64,000 nt of DNA from Octopus vulgaris (Eukaryota). Position 1 is the first letter of the stretch, and each line of letters opens with the position of its first letter. Positions 1-13,558 of this stretch are shown here, piece by piece. A program made the position numbers and the translations under genes. The notes beneath the pieces are model-generated. The model ran no database searches. It was given only the letters and a program-made list of their open reading frames with translations, and had not been told where the DNA came from. The stretch spans positions 22,568,001 to 22,632,000 of the forward strand of contig OX597818.1 of the NCBI GenBank assembly GCA_951406725.2, given 5' to 3'.

Positions 1-120
1 TGGGTATAGCTCGCGTTCTAAGGAGAGTATTGTCTCCTTGAATCACAGGAGAAGGCACTACTTAAAACCTGCTTTCAAGTAAAGAATAACCGGTAATTAA
101 GAACTGTCCGAGAGTCTTTC
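1..120 (+). mobile_element. 3' end of an RLE-type (R4/Dong-like) non-LTR retrotransposon
   Basis: Frame from nt 3 reads GIARVLRRVLSP* (stop 39-41), the same C-terminal motif as LGTAKIIRKVLDS* of the element at 296-900; followed by a short UTR and (CAA)n. Confidence 0.6.
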
Positions 121-295
121 AGAACAACAACAACAACAACAATAACAACAAGAACAACAACAACAACAACAATAACAACAACAACAACAACAACAACAAC
201 AAGAACCACCACCACCACAACAACAACAACAACAAAAACAACAACAACAACAACAACAACAACTACAACAGCAACAACAACAACAACAGCAATAA
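121..295. repeat. (CAA)n microsatellite
   Basis: Direct reading. Confidence 0.95.
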
Positions 296-900
296 TCGAC
301 CTGCCCCAAACTACTGCAGGTTGTAGCAACACGATAAGGTAGTGAAAGTGCTACATTAGAAATTGCGCGAAGAGGTAAGACATTGATATGACCACAAACC
401 GTAGAGAGTGGCAGAGTCGGAGACTTGGAAAATCCTCTGGGATTTCCCAATCCAAACAGACCAGGTGCTAGAGCATAACCGACCGGACCTAGTGGTGGTC
501 GACAAGATGCACCACATGTGCTGTATAATTGATGTTGTATGCCTCTTCGATCCACGAATAGTCAAGAAAGAAGGCGATAAAACAGATAAATACAACCCGC
601 TTAAGTACGAAATAGCCCGGCTATGGAAAATGAAAAAGCTGAAGATAGTGCCAGTTATTGTTGGGTCCTTGAGGACAGTATCAGAATGCATCAAGAGGAA
701 TATAAAGGAAATTGGAATAGAGCGCCCAGTAGAACTGTTAAAAAAGGTTTGCCTCCTTGGCACGGCCAAAATAATCAGGAAAGTATTAGATAGTTGAAAA
801 ATCAGATAGCATGGTACCGTAGGCTGCAGGTTGGCAGCAAGTCCGCTACGCATGCAAAACTTCTGGAGCTCCAAGAAAATCTGAGATAAAAAGTAATAAT
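296..900 (+). mobile_element. 5'-truncated R4/Dong-like non-LTR retrotransposon, zinc-knuckle remnant plus restriction-like endonuclease domain
   Basis: CPKL..HDKVVKVLH* then KILWDFPIQTDQVLEHNRPDLVVVDK...CIIDV...K..KY..LKYEIARLW...VPVIVGSL...LLGTAKIIRKVL (ORF 408-797), a PD..D..K RLE signature; ends in TAA-rich tail. Confidence 0.9.
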
Positions 901-904
901 TATA

Positions 905-1123
905 ATAATCCTTTCTACTATAGGCACAAGACCTAAAATTGTGGGGAAGGGTTTAAGTCGATTACATCGACCCTAGTACTCAACTGGTACCTAATTTATC
1001 GACCCCGAAGGGATGAAAGGCAAAGTCGACCTCGGTGAAATTTGAACTCAGAACGTAAAGACGGACGAAATGTCACCAAGCATTTTGTCCGGTGAGCTAA
1101 CGACTTTGCCAGCTCGTTGCCTT
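905..1123 (-). mobile_element. tRNA-derived SINE, family A (tail type 2)
   Basis: Reverse complement reads GGCAACGAGCTGGCAAAG...GAGTTCAAATTTC (B box)...GCCTTTCATCCCTTCGGGGTCGATAAA. Confidence 0.85.
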
Positions 1124-1127
1124 AATA

Positions 1128-1255
<128 letters not shown>

Positions 1256-1620
1256 TTTCTAATTCTCACTTACTTGGCCTGTATTATTATTTATCGTAAA
1301 AGGTAATGTTTTGAAATTATTTTTAGTTTTAAACAATTCAGGAAGAAACTCGTTGAATATTGGCAGGACATTGAATCTCATCGATCTCAGAAAACACTGC
1401 AATTCCTACGAAGGTAGCGAAATTGGCCGAGTCGCTCGACCGTCGAATTATTGACCTTGCATTATTGACTCCGGTTCTCTCCTTTTCCTTCTCTCTGATG
1501 TAAGGTCATCATTTCGGGGTCGATAAATAAAGTACAAGTTAATTAGTAGTGACCGATTATTCTTTCCCTTCCCTTCTCTGTCTCTGTCTCTCTTCTTCAT
1601 TCTGTCTGTCTCTTCCTTTC

Positions 1621-1668
<48 letters not shown>

Positions 1669-1678
1669 TGTTTCTTTC

Positions 1679-1718
<40 letters not shown>

Positions 1719-2011
1719 TCCCTCTCTCCTTCCCCCTCTCTCGTAATCGGCCATGACTTACAAGATTGTATTTCGTAAAGAATCACCAAAAGAAAAGCAA
1801 CCCAAAATTGATCCTGTGTTTTCCCACCAGAATTTCAAGACAAGTACACAAGGTTTATCAATGAAGTCATCAGAGATGAAGGAGAAAGCCAATTTTTACT
1901 TTTTCAACCGTTAGAAAATGCCGAAGAACCGGGTTGTCAAATTTATTTACTTTCGCATGCCGGACTGAAGCTTAAACTAGTTGTCATGGACCAGAAAATG
2001 GTTAACATGCA

Positions 2012-2613
2012 AGGCGGCGAGCTGGCAGAAACGATAGCACGCTGGGTGAAATTCTTAGCGGTATTTCGTCTGTCTTTACGTTCTGAGTTCAAATTCCACC
2101 GAGGTCGACTTTGCCTTTCATCCTTTCGGGGTCGATAAATTAAGTACCAGTTACGCACTGGTGTCGATGTAATCGACTTAATCCGTTTATCTGTCCTTGT
2201 TTGTCCTCTCTGTGTTTAGCCCCTTGTGGGTAGTAAAGAAATAGGTATTTCGTCTGCCGCTACGTTCTGAGTTCAAATTCGGCCGAGGTCAACTTTGCCT
2301 TTCATCCTTTCGGGGTCGATAAATTAAGTACTAGTTACGCACTGGGGTCGATATAATCGACTTAATCCATTTGTCTGTCCCTGTTTGTCCCCTCTGTGTT
2401 TAGTGCCTTGTGGCTAGTAAAGAAATAGGTATTTCATCTGCCGCTACGTTCTGAGTTCAGATTCCGCCGAGGTCGACTTTGCCTTTCATCCTTTCGGGGT
2501 CGATTAAATAAGTACCAGTTACGCACTGGGGTCGATATAATCTACTGAATCCGTTTGTCTGTCTTTGTTTGTCCCCTCTATGTTTAGCCCCTTGTGTGTA
2601 GTAAAAAGAATTA
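2012..2613 (+). mobile_element. SINE family A, tandem trimer
   Basis: One full head GGCGGCGAGCTGGCAGAA then two further ~182-bp units starting GGTATTTC(G/A)TCTG; 19-bp TSD AGAAAATGGTTAACATGCA at 1993-2011 and 2614-2632. Confidence 0.92.
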
Positions 2614-2659
2614 AGAAAATGGTTAACATGCAGTTTAGTGTTGTAAAAATGTGAAAGTT

Positions 2660-3025
2660 CATTCATTGCAGCAGAAATGGTGAAAGTGAAATCATATAAT
2701 TTTATAAATCCAAGCATCAAAAATATTACGAAGGTATGTGGCAGAAAGGATTTAGGTGGTTGCTGCAATAGAAGTGGTACAGGCAAATGTTACCCGATTG
2801 AGATTCTCGATCGTACGTGCGAAGCACTTTGGCCCATTATAACTTAATGGATATTACAAGGTATGCATTTGATATCCGATGTGTAGGCTCCCTATATTAG
2901 TTTAGACGACTTATATATCTGTGAAGCTGGGAAGTATTCTTTAAATTTTGTTGATCCAGCGATAAGTACATCCATAATTACACTATTGGAAGAGCGGCGG
3001 ATACCTGCCAAGATGAAACGGAGGA
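2660..3025 (+). pseudogene. Merlin/IS1595-like DDE transposase remnant
   Basis: Translates SGTGKCYPIEILDRTCEALWPIIT*WILQGMHLISDV*APYISLDDLYICEAGKYSLNFVDPA, matching the Merlin pattern V.DR...TL.PII...I.SD.W.AY..L....H..NFVDP; in-frame stops. Confidence 0.7.
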
Positions 3026-3036
3026 TTGCAGAACGA

Positions 3037-3340
3037 GCCGGAACGTGGCTTAGTGGTTAGGGGTATTCTTCTCATGATTGTAAGGTAGTGAGTTCGATTC
3101 CCGACTGCGCATCGTATCCTTGAGCAAGACTCTTTATTTAAACGTTACTTAGTCAACTCAGCTGGCAAAAATTAATAGTACTAGTATTTCAAAGTGTCGC
3201 ACTAAATCTTCCTGAGAACTATGTCAATGGAACACATATCTGTGGAGTGCTCAGCTACTTGCACGTTAATTTCACGGACATGGCTGTTCCGTTGATCGGA
3301 TCAACTGGAACCCTCGTCGACGTAATCGATGGAGCGCCAC
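3037..3340 (+). mobile_element. tRNA-derived SINE (family C-related)
   Basis: A box TGGCTTAGTGG, B box GAGTTCGATTCC; 3' part shared with the SINE at 55411-55793. Confidence 0.8.
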
Positions 3341-4212
3341 CAATTTGTACGATCATGTGTAGTAAAGTGAGACCGTGAAAAAGCTTACATGTACATTCTA
3401 TGCAGTGTTTACATGTTATATGAACATAATGAAATTATGTAATTTCATTGTCGTCACTTCCGGTTTCTCTCACAGTTTGCATTCACTTTTGTAGAACACT
3501 TAGCTGCAATTTAACCCAGATGAGAATAATTATATATTGTACATGATATTGTATAATTAAAAATATAAGTTTTATCTCATAAAATAGAGCTGCAGGCCAG
3601 ACAAAACATGACCGCGAGCTGCATGCTTGACATCCCTGCGATATTCAGAGTTGGATTTAGCATTAGCTAAACAAGCTACAGTTACGGCATCACAATCTGC
3701 AGGAGTCTCAAAATAATTAAAAGGCACATATGCTTTAAGTTTTTGCGAGGCTGCCTGGTTTATTTATTTATTTATTTGCAAGGAGCCCCTAAACTTTCTA
3801 TAACTCAGGGCAATGTTTCTCATAGAAGAAGCCCCACACTGGGGGTGATGGTGTGAGGGTTGAAAAGAGGATAGACAGGGAAATATTTAATAAAATCAAA
3901 ATGGTTTCCTGGTTTTGAAACATGTCAATCACCATGGGGAAGAAAGAAGAATGGTGGCAGGGTATAAAGAAAAAAATTCACTGATATCAGATGGTGAGCC
4001 TTGTTGTCTGAGAACTTTTGGCTAATAAGCTCACCAAGACTAAATGCGGTGTTGACTGCAGACTACATAAACTTTCAATTAAAACAGTTACTTAGTGCTA
4101 GCAGACCTATGACAGAAATGAAGAAGTGTTTCTAACCGTATGTGTTTCGTCTTTCTTTTCTCTCAGACACGAAATCTTTAGGTTTACACTAGACCAACGT
4201 GTATGAATCCTT

Positions 4213-4390
<178 letters not shown>

Positions 4391-4527
4391 CACACTTTTA
4401 GTTTCTGTCTACCAAATCCACTCACAAGTTGGCCTGGGACTGCAGTAGAAGAAATTTGTGCAAGGTGCCGCGCAGTGGGACCGAACCTGGAACCGTGTGG
4501 TTGGGAAGCAAACTTCTTATAACACAA

Positions 4528-4564
<37 letters not shown>

Positions 4565-4819
4565 TATATAAATGAATGCTCTCATCCTCATAGCTGAGGC
4601 CGCGGGTCTCACACACAAGTCACAGTGAATTGAGGGAGATTTGACTGCTATTTCGTGCGGGTTTACCGACTATGTAGTGGCTCCTTTGTGGTCTCGACTT
4701 ACTGACTTCAGACTTATCGTTTTTGACTTGATGTTTTGTTGCTATGGCTAGTCGCGTTACAGCTCTTTCTGTTTATATCGATATTCACATTCATGGACTG
4801 ATAAACATAATACGCGCAT

Positions 4820-4853
<34 letters not shown>

Positions 4854-4886
4854 GCACGCGTGCGCAAACGAACAACGTGGTAAGCT

Positions 4887-5304
4887 GGATCTTTTCGGTT
4901 TGAACGGCAGTTTTTTCTAGCGGTGTCATATGAAAATGTCACCCATAATTATGACCCTAGTATCGATCTATTGCATTTCAATCTGTTTTAGGGTTAGGTT
5001 TAGGGGTGGGGGAAGGGTATCTTTTTTTCTTCACAAATGTAAATAAACCCAATCTGTTTCTTAAATGAGGGACATATTCATACGGCGCAGAATGTTTTCA
5101 CCTCAATGGACGTCATTGATTGGTTGAAATTGCAGAAATTGAAGAAAAAAAAAACAACAAATATCTTACAAATTATAGAATTTTCTCAATGAAGCCGAGA
5201 GAAAAAGATGTTTTATAAACACATTCTACCAGTATACGAAGTTTAAAAGTGTTTAGTTACGTGGATATTATTTTTAAAAACTGCCGTTCAAACCGAAGAG
5301 ATCC
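4887..5304. mobile_element. MITE with ~30-bp TIRs and 8-bp TSD (Merlin-like)
   Basis: TIRs GGATCTTTTCGGTTTGAACGGCAGTTTTT / AAAAACTGCCGTTCAAACCGAAGAGATCC; TSD GGTAAGCT on both sides; second copy at 38031-38467. Confidence 0.9.
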
Positions 5305-5392
5305 GGTAAGCTTTCAATATGGTCGCTGCAGAAACTAGAAACAACAACCGAATCTACCTCAATTTTACCTATAATTTCAAACAAAAAGAATG

Positions 5393-5808
5393 AGGAGTGG
5401 CTGCGTGGTAAGTAGCTTGCTTACGAACCACATGGTTCCGGGTTCAGTCCCACTGCGTGGTACCTTGGGCAAGTGTCTTCTACTATAGCCTCGGCAGACC
5501 AAAGCCTTGTGAGTGGATTTGGTAGATGGAAACTGAAAGAAGCCCGTTGTATATATGTATATATATATGTATGTATGTGTATATGTTTGTGTGTCTGTGT
5601 TTGTCCCCCCCAACATCGCTTGACAACCGATGCTGGTGTGTTTACGTCCACGTAACTTAGCGGTTCGGCAAAAGAGACTGATAGAATAAGTACTAGGCTT
5701 ACAAAGAATAAGTCCTGGGGTCGATTTGCTCGACTAAAGGTGGTGCTCCAGCATGGCCACAGTCAAATGACTGAAACAAATAAAAAAGAGTAAAAAAAAA
5801 AAAAGAGT
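5393..5808 (+). mobile_element. tRNA-derived SINE family B (CORE-like)
   Basis: GGAGTGGCTGCGTGGTAAG A box, GGTTCAGTCCC B box, CCTTGGGCAAGTGTCTT core-like motif, internal TA/TG tract; copies at 8195 and 11073. Confidence 0.88.
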
Positions 5809-6049
5809 ATTTAAAAAAAAAAAGACCGGATGGTTATTGCTGGAACGTCTTTGGTTATAAGTTTACTGGATCAGAATTGTCTTGGTGCCAAGCAATACAA
5901 AATATGTGCAACTTAAGCTATGGTGAAACTATTTTCAATTGGTTACTATGTAAACAACGTGTGATGTTTGCAGCCCCATAAAATGTAAGTGGCGCTGTAA
6001 TTTTAATCTGACACCAAGTTAATCATGGTTGCGAAAGCGTTAACAAGGG

Positions 6050-6655
6050 GAAGGGTGAGAGGATGAATAGAAGGAAGAGTGAGCGGAATTAGGAGAGGAA
6101 AGCTCAGAGGAATGCGAAGAAATTTGGTAAAGAACGAGAAGCGGGATTTTGGAGAGTTTTCGAAGATAGAAAGAAAGCAAAAGAAAGAACGACGGAGAAA
6201 AGAAAGAAAAAAGAAAGGAAGCGAGAAAGAATGAATAAAAGAGGAGAGAAAGAGGGAAGAACGATATAAGGTAAGAAAGAAATAGATAGAATAAATGAGT
6301 GAAAGAAAGAGCGGGAAAAAAGAATAAAAGAATGAAAGAGAAAGAAACGGTAGATTGAAAGAAGGAGAGAAAGAAAAAAAACGAAAATAGAAGAATGGGA
6401 AAAAGAAAGAAAGAAAAAACTGAACGAAAACAGAAGAATGAGAGAAAGAAAGAACGAAATAGAAAAACTGGGAAAAAGAGAAAGGGGATGAGAAAAAACG
6501 AAATTGGAAAAAGGAAAGAAAAAAGGAAGAAAGAAAAGACGGATTGAAAGAATGAACAATGAAGAAAGAAACTTTGAATGAAAAAAGTGACCCGCAAAAA
6601 CAAAAAAGAACGAGTATAAGGAAGGAGAAAAAGCTCAAAGGAGAAGAATGAAAAA
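6050..6655. repeat. Purine-rich (GA/GAAA) low-complexity tract
   Basis: Strongly A/G-rich on plus strand for about 600 bp. Confidence 0.85.
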
Positions 6656-6679
6656 AATATCATAATGAAGGTACTATTA

Positions 6680-7093
6680 GGCGGCGAGCTGGCAGAAACG
6701 TTAGCACGCCGGGCGAAATGCGTAGCCGTATTTCGTCTGTCGTTACGTTGTGAGTTCAAATTCCGCCGAGGACGACTTTGCCTTTCATCCTTTCGGGGTC
6801 GATAAATTAAGTACCAGTTACGCACTGGGGTCGATGTAATCGACTTAATACCTATGTCAGTCCTTGTTTGTCCCTTCTATGATTAGCCCCTTGTGGGTAA
6901 TAAAGAAATAGGTATTTCGTCTGCCGCTACGTTCTGAGTTCAAATTCCGCCGAGGTCGACTTTGCTTTTCATCCTTTCGGGGTCGATAAATTAAGTACCA
7001 GTTACGCACTGGGGTCGATGTAATCGACTTAATACTTATGTCTGTCCTTGTTTGTCCCCTCTGTGTTTAGCCCCTTGTGGGTAATAAAGAAAT
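6680..7093 (+). mobile_element. SINE family A, tandem dimer
   Basis: Head plus one repeated unit; TSD AGGTACTATTA. Confidence 0.9.
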
Positions 7094-7706
7094 AGGTACT
7101 ATTAAGTGGTTGCTCGACATGCAAGAACTAGCAGTCAATTATCTCTAATATCACGCCCTGATGTTGCTAAGTAAGGGAAATATTGCATACCGCATTCTTA
7201 CGTACTCCTAAAAATACAGAATGGTCACGGCTGGAGCTGTTTTTGATCATTGGTCAGTTTGATCGGGGCTGAGCGAAACAACGACAACGCAACAACGGTG
7301 GGTCAAGTACGAGGAATAGAACAAAAGCATAACGAAAGAACGAAGAGACAAATAAAAATGAAGGAAGGAACGAATGAAATAAAGACAGAAAAAAAATCGG
7401 AAAGGCGAAAGAAAGGAATGAATGATTAGAAAAAAGAAAGATGGAAAGAAAGGAAGGAAGAAAGAAAGGAAAGATTGAAAGGAAAGAGAACGAAAATTTT
7501 CAGATTAAGACAATAAAGAATTAAAATAGTTTGAAAATGTAACCGCGTTAACAAGATAGCATCGTAACCAGTTGATTGCGAGCTCGATCCCACTGTGCAG
7601 AACGATGATGCTGGAAGTGACGAATTCCTACGGAGTGAATTTAATAGACAGAAACTGTACGGAAACCCCTCTCTCTCTCGCGCGCGCATACACACACATA
7701 TATCTA

Positions 7707-8075
7707 CTAGCTTTTAAAGCTAGTATTTAGCTTTTAAGCAACTAACCCCGAATGGGAAGATCTGCAAAGAGATCTCTGACTTGTTTTGGGGAATTTCCTG
7801 CGATTGCTTCAATCAGAGTCATATCCCAATGGTGATCATATTCGTCGCTAAAAATCATGTAAAATAAAACTCACCGAAAACAATCGCAGTAATGAAAACA
7901 TAGGAATCCAAAATTTGAGGATTGCAGGTCCGGATTCTGCCGGAATGCTTTTAATTTACTTACGGAGTCAGCCTGATTACAAACTGAATATGATATGTTG
8001 GGCTACGGCTTCTAGGAGTAAAGTTGAATGAGTGTGACACACTGATACACGGACATTCACATTTATTATATTAGA
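7707..8075 (-). mobile_element. Non-autonomous Helitron
   Basis: Minus strand begins A|TCTAATATAATAAATGTG and ends CTAG|T; no TSD. Confidence 0.65.
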
Positions 8076-8155
8076 TATGTTTAATTTTGGGGAAATTGTA
8101 TTTCAGTTAAAGTGTATTATACACATACACACACACACACATACATACACACACA

Positions 8156-8187
<32 letters not shown>

Positions 8188-8194
8188 TATATAT

Positions 8195-8593
8195 CTCTTT
8201 TACTCTTTTACTTGTTTCAGTCATTTGACTGCGGCCATGCTGGAGCACCGCCTTTAATCGAGCAACTCGACCCCGGGACTTATTCTTTTGTAAGCCCAGT
8301 ACTTATTTTATCGGTCTGTTTTGCCGAACCGCTAAGTAACGGGAACATAAACACACCAGCATCAGTTGTCAAGCAATGCTAGGGGGACAAACACAGACAC
8401 ACACACATATACACATATATATACATATATACGACGGGCTTCTTTCAGTTTCCGTCTACCAAATCCACTCACAAGGCTTTGGTCGGCCCGAGGCTATAGT
8501 AGAAGATACTTCCCCAAGGTGCCACGCAGTGGGACTGAACCCGGAACCATGTGATTGGTAAACAAGCTACTTACCACACAGCCACTCCTGCGC
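8195..8593 (-). mobile_element. SINE family B
   Basis: Reverse-complement copy of 5393-5808. Confidence 0.88.
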
Positions 8594-9323
8594 CTGTATG
8601 TATGTATATGTATATATGTACACACACACATGTATATGTATTAAAGAAAGCAAAAAATAAAACAAAAGTGATAGCGTTCAGTAGTTGGTTCAGTTTGCTG
8701 GCCACAGGAATTTCTATCCAGGAAAGTTGTACAGCTACTCCCGATTTCTCTCACATATCCATTTCTCTCTCACTCTCCCTCTCTTATTATTACTCTCATT
8801 GCCACCATCAACACTACTACTTTTAATAAAACATCATCAACTCTCCCTAAATTTTTTTGTCTCTCTTTCTCTCCTTCTGTTTTTCTTTCTCTCTCTCTCT
8901 CTGTCTTCGCCACCGCCTCACCGTCTCTATGCCTACTATTATTCTCACTACACCACGAGGAAGTGTCATTGAGTAGTAAGAGAAGGGGTCAAAGTGTAAC
9001 ATACTGACATACAGAAATTAATTTATTATTTTATTTAGGGAATTGATGTATAAATATCAAAGAATATATTCACGATAACAAGAAATCAATTCATAGCAGG
9101 TCGTTAAACTCTCACACGTTGCTACATTGCAGTAAATCATACTGGGACCGATGTGCCTGACTAAAAATAATCGGCTGAACAATCTTTAAGACTAGCATAT
9201 TTAGAATATAAGCAGAAAAGCATATATTTCAATTTGAGTTCATGCATAAATTGTGTTCTACAACTGTTTCATTAAGATGGGCATTAATAAATGTATATTA
9301 TCTATCTATATTCTATCTATCTA

Positions 9324-10504
9324 TCTATATTATACTAAAACTCAAAGTTTGTTTTCCTGCCCTTTGATTAATATGATAAAGATTACAAATAAAATAGTTG
9401 TTTGCCCCTTCAAGAAAAACTAAAAAAAAAATAAAGTTGAAAATGTCGATTTGTGGCGGCGAACTTCAAACAGTAATCGCAGCTACTGCCATCCGTCCTT
9501 TTTTCTTACTTTCTTTTTACTTCCCTTAATCATTTATACAACTTTCAGAGTGCCGGGAAGTGAAAGATAGAAATTCTCCCTATATTTTTATGAGATATTT
9601 TTTGGACCGCGGGTACTTGATTTTTTTTTTTTTTTCGTAAAGAGAAAAATTACTATTTTATTCAAAATAAAATATTAGTCTTTACCATCTTAAGCAAAAG
9701 ACAGAAAAACAGAGAGACCTTTCTCTTTATAGACGAAGATCAGTTGCAATTGGAAGGGTTGAGTCTCATAAGGATGGAAAAATAAACAACAACAAATGGG
9801 TTGTACCTTATAATGAAACTCTTTTAAGAGCACCCAATTAAGTACGTCGTCAAGTACACTGAGAGGAAATGTCCAATCTGCTGTTCAAATAAACAATGAT
9901 AACGAAATTAGTCAATATCTAATGGGTAGGTACATTGGAACATCCGAAGCAGTTGCATCCATTTTAGGATTTTCAGTTGATGAAAGAGCATCTGCAATAG
10001 TGAGAGTGCAAGTTCACCTACCAGATGAACAAAGAATATTGCTCAGATATAATGAGGATATACATGGCTATCAATGAACGACATATGAGAACAACATTGA
10101 CAGAATTCTTTTCATTGTGCATCAATAATGACTTAGCAAAACATTACTTTATGCTGAAGTGCCCATGTATTTCACTATAGTAACAAAGAATGGCAAAGAA
10201 GAAAGCGAGGAAAAAGGTTGAAAGCCATTTGAACGTTTTCAAAGAAGAAACACTTGATCATATTTATGTTGTCACATCAAAGGCAGGAGAAGTATCATTT
10301 AAGAATTTTATTGCATGAAGTTCGAAATAGTAATTTTTTTTTTTTTTTGCCGTCGACATTTTCAAATTGGAGTTGTTGTGACCCAGCAGGTCACGTGTAC
10401 ATCTACTATCATATAAAATACATAACTGAGATACATAATATAAATTCAATTAATTTAAAAGCTGCGTATACCCAAATCATTAGGAATATTATGGGTTATG
10501 CTAA
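9324..10504 (+). mobile_element. Internally deleted Helitron with RepHel coding remnant
   Basis: 5' TCTATATTATAC, 3' CTAA|T; about 9720-10330 translates in pieces to LYRRRS..NNKWVVPYN..LL, IKYVVKY, NEISQYLMGRYIGTSEA..ILGF....AIVRVQVHLPDEQ, TTLTEFF.LC, LLYAEVP.YF, LRILLHEVR. Confidence 0.85.
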
Positions 10505-11072
10505 TTAGAAAGCTCTTATTGTTCGAATACATTGAGATAGGGAGAAACAGCAAAAAGAAGGAGAAAAGAGAAAACACACGCACACACACTCACACACACA
10601 CACACATACACACACACATATATATATACATGCATTTCCACACACACACACACTCAAACACGCATACACACACATACACACATGTGCATACATGCAGGTA
10701 GGCACACACTCACGTAGACAAGCGCAGAGAAGACACACATTGACTCATACTTTAATACTTCCGTTACATGTGTGCATATATAAATATAATTAAATACCCA
10801 TATTATAAAATAATGTTATATATATATATATATATCTACAAGCGAAAATATGAGGTAGAAAAATACAAAATATAAACATAAAAGAAAAAGTGGGAAGCTG
10901 GCACAATCGTTAGCATGTCGGGCAAAATACTTGGCGGCATTTTTCCTGCTCTTTACCTTCTGAGTTCGTATCCCGCCGAGATCGTCTCTGCACTTAATTC
11001 TTTTTGAAACGGCGGTGCATCAGCATGGCCGCAGCTCTGAGCTGAAACTACAGAAAAAATAAAAAAATACGT

Positions 11073-11470
11073 AGGCGCAGGTGTTGTGTGGAAAGAAGTT
11101 TGCTTCCCAATCACAAGTTTCCTATTTCGATCCCACCGCGTGGCGCCGCAGGCAAGAGTCTTCTACTACAGCCTCAGGCTGGCCAAAGACTTGTGAGTGG
11201 ATTTGGTAGACAAAAACTGAAAGAAGCCTTTCGTGCATGTGTGTGTGTATGTGTGTGTGCGTGCGAGTGTTTTTGTGCCTGTGTTTGTTCCCACCACCGC
11301 TTGACAACTGGTGTGTTTACGTGCGTGTAACTTAGCGGTTCGGCAAAACAGACCGATAGAGTAAGCCACCAGACATAAAATAAAAATAAGTACTGGGTCG
11401 ATTCGTTCGACTAAGGTTCTTCGAGGTAGTGCCCCCTTGTGGCCGGAGTCTAATGACTGAAGCAAGTAAA
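11073..11470 (+). mobile_element. SINE family B (diverged)
   Basis: Similar to 5393-5808 along its length. Confidence 0.8.
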
Positions 11471-11619
11471 AGGTACAGAACATTCCTATATGTTCGTAAT
11501 AAAGCAAAAATAAAGCGGAATGCTCTTAGCTAGAAAAATAAATCCAGATTTAATGGCTTGATGGATTCGTTAATGTAATCTAAAACTCACTGTAATTATA
11601 TCAATATTATTATTCTGAG

Positions 11620-11958
11620 TGAAAGTTCATGGCTCAGTGGTTACAGTGTCAGGATCACAATTATGAGGGTGTGAGTTCGATTCCCATACCGGGCAGTGCG
11701 TTGTGTTCTTGAGCAAGACACTTTATTTCTCGTTGCTCCTTTTCACCCGGCTGTAGAAATGAGTTGCGATGTCACTGGTGGCAAGCTGTATCGGCCTTTG
11801 CCTTTACCTTGGACAACATTGTTGGAGAGAGGAGGCTGGTATGCATGGGAGACTGCTGGTCTTCCATAAACAACCTTGCCCGGGCTTGTTCCTCGGAGGG
11901 TAACTTTCTAGGTGCAATCCCATGGTCATTCATGACCGAAAGGGGTCTTTACCCTTTT
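11620..11958 (+). mobile_element. tRNA-derived SINE
   Basis: TGGCTCAGTGG A box, GAGTTCGATTCC B box, CTTGAGCAAGACACTTTATTTC body. Confidence 0.78.
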
Positions 11959-13160
11959 CGCTTTTTATTGTTCTGATCATGAGTACCAGTTATCCTTTGA
12001 AAGAGGGCAAGATATAAATTTTCAGTCTTCACATTTATTGCATTGAGAGATGAGAGGGATTTAAATAGTGACTATTCACAATAATCACATGTTTAGAATT
12101 GAACAAATACTTTAGATCGGCATTAATGATGTCTATAATCTCACATGCTCATAACCACCTTGATAGGAACTTGCAGATTTTAGAATGAACCATTCGAAAT
12201 AAGAAAATAAGGTTGTTTTTCGCTTTCAAATCAAAAATTTATTCAATAAAAGATATATATATGTTTTCTAAAATGAAGTCCAAAATGTTTGTGTGTATGT
12301 ATATGTGTTGGAGTAGTGCCCCATAAATTAATTTAGTGAATGAGAGAAATATGTAAATAACAGGACGGATAAATAAATAAATAAACAAATAAATAGATAC
12401 TGCAGAGATTAAGTTGGAAAGGAAAGGGACATACATGCACAAGTGTGCCATCTCCAGGTTTTTCAGAAAAATGGATATATTGTTTTGATGAACTTTTCTA
12501 CAAATACTTTTCAGATGGTTTCTTTGCGAATATATCGGAATTTGTTGTGAAAAATCTTTCGCAAGTGCAACGAGAGGAGTTTTGGATAATTCACACGAGT
12601 CGACTTTGTTTCCTTATAACTCTCAGAAAGAATAAGTATTTTTCACGAAATTTTCTACAAATATCTTTCAGGCGGTGTAGATTGCGATTATATCGGAATT
12701 TAATGTGAAAAATCAATATACATAATACACTACAAGTCTTTCTACGTATTTTTTGTTGAATTTGTTCCAGTTTATAAGATTTATACTTTCTAAATCATTC
12801 GACATGAGCTGGAGTCGTTCTGCATATTTTTTGCATTCGCCTCATAATGCTTAATGAAATAATTTTCTAAATTATTTAACAGCGTTTCTACTCCCTTGCT
12901 TTCACAATGTCTCGTCTCTACTTTGTTGTTCTGTTTATCTTTTGTATTTGAAAGCTCATTCTAGTTTTTCATTTTATCTTATATAATAAACTTCAATGAA
13001 TCGGTCACATTGGACGAGAGAGGCTAAAATAACAAACGGAGAGTGGGTGACAGTTAGAGATGCTAAATAGAGGTGAATTCTAATGAGATGTTTTGCTATG
13101 AAGTCGTTGGTACTTTACTCAAAACAAAATTTTTAGCGTAAATTATATTCGTTTTATAAA

Positions 13161-13253
<93 letters not shown>

Positions 13254-13357
13254 TATATATGAAATTAAACATTGTACTCTTTTGTTCTCAAAGTATTATC
13301 GTTCAGGTAACATTTATAAATTATATATAATCACATTGTACCTGGTTGTTTATATTA

Positions 13358-13558
13358 ATTATTAGTATACGCATTAGCAATTTCGCTAAATCATCCATAA
13401 ATTTATATAGCAAATACATATATGTTGAATTAGCAGATCAACGACCGTTCAAGCAGTCCTCAATGACGATGGTTACAGTCATAGGCGAAACTAGATCTAG
13501 TCTGGAGATCCTCGAGTCAGTCATGCACATGCACAGATGTATATATAAATAAGCGCAT
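13358..13558 (+). repeat. ~200-bp dispersed repeat (copy 1) containing a hammerhead-like motif
   Basis: Near-identical direct copy at 15703-15901; motif at 13457-13508. Confidence 0.85.
13457..13508 (+). ncRNA. Degenerate type I hammerhead ribozyme candidate
   Basis: TCCTCA-ATGACGA-T-GGTTA cagtca TAGGC-GAAA-CTAGATCTAG-TC-TGGAGA; C3 replaced by A; stem III is the 12-nt palindrome ACTAGATCTAGT; GUC site. Confidence 0.55.

Noticed and set aside
12445-12900. Possible Tc1/IS630-type remnant on the minus strand
   Set aside because: Too decayed to support by eye
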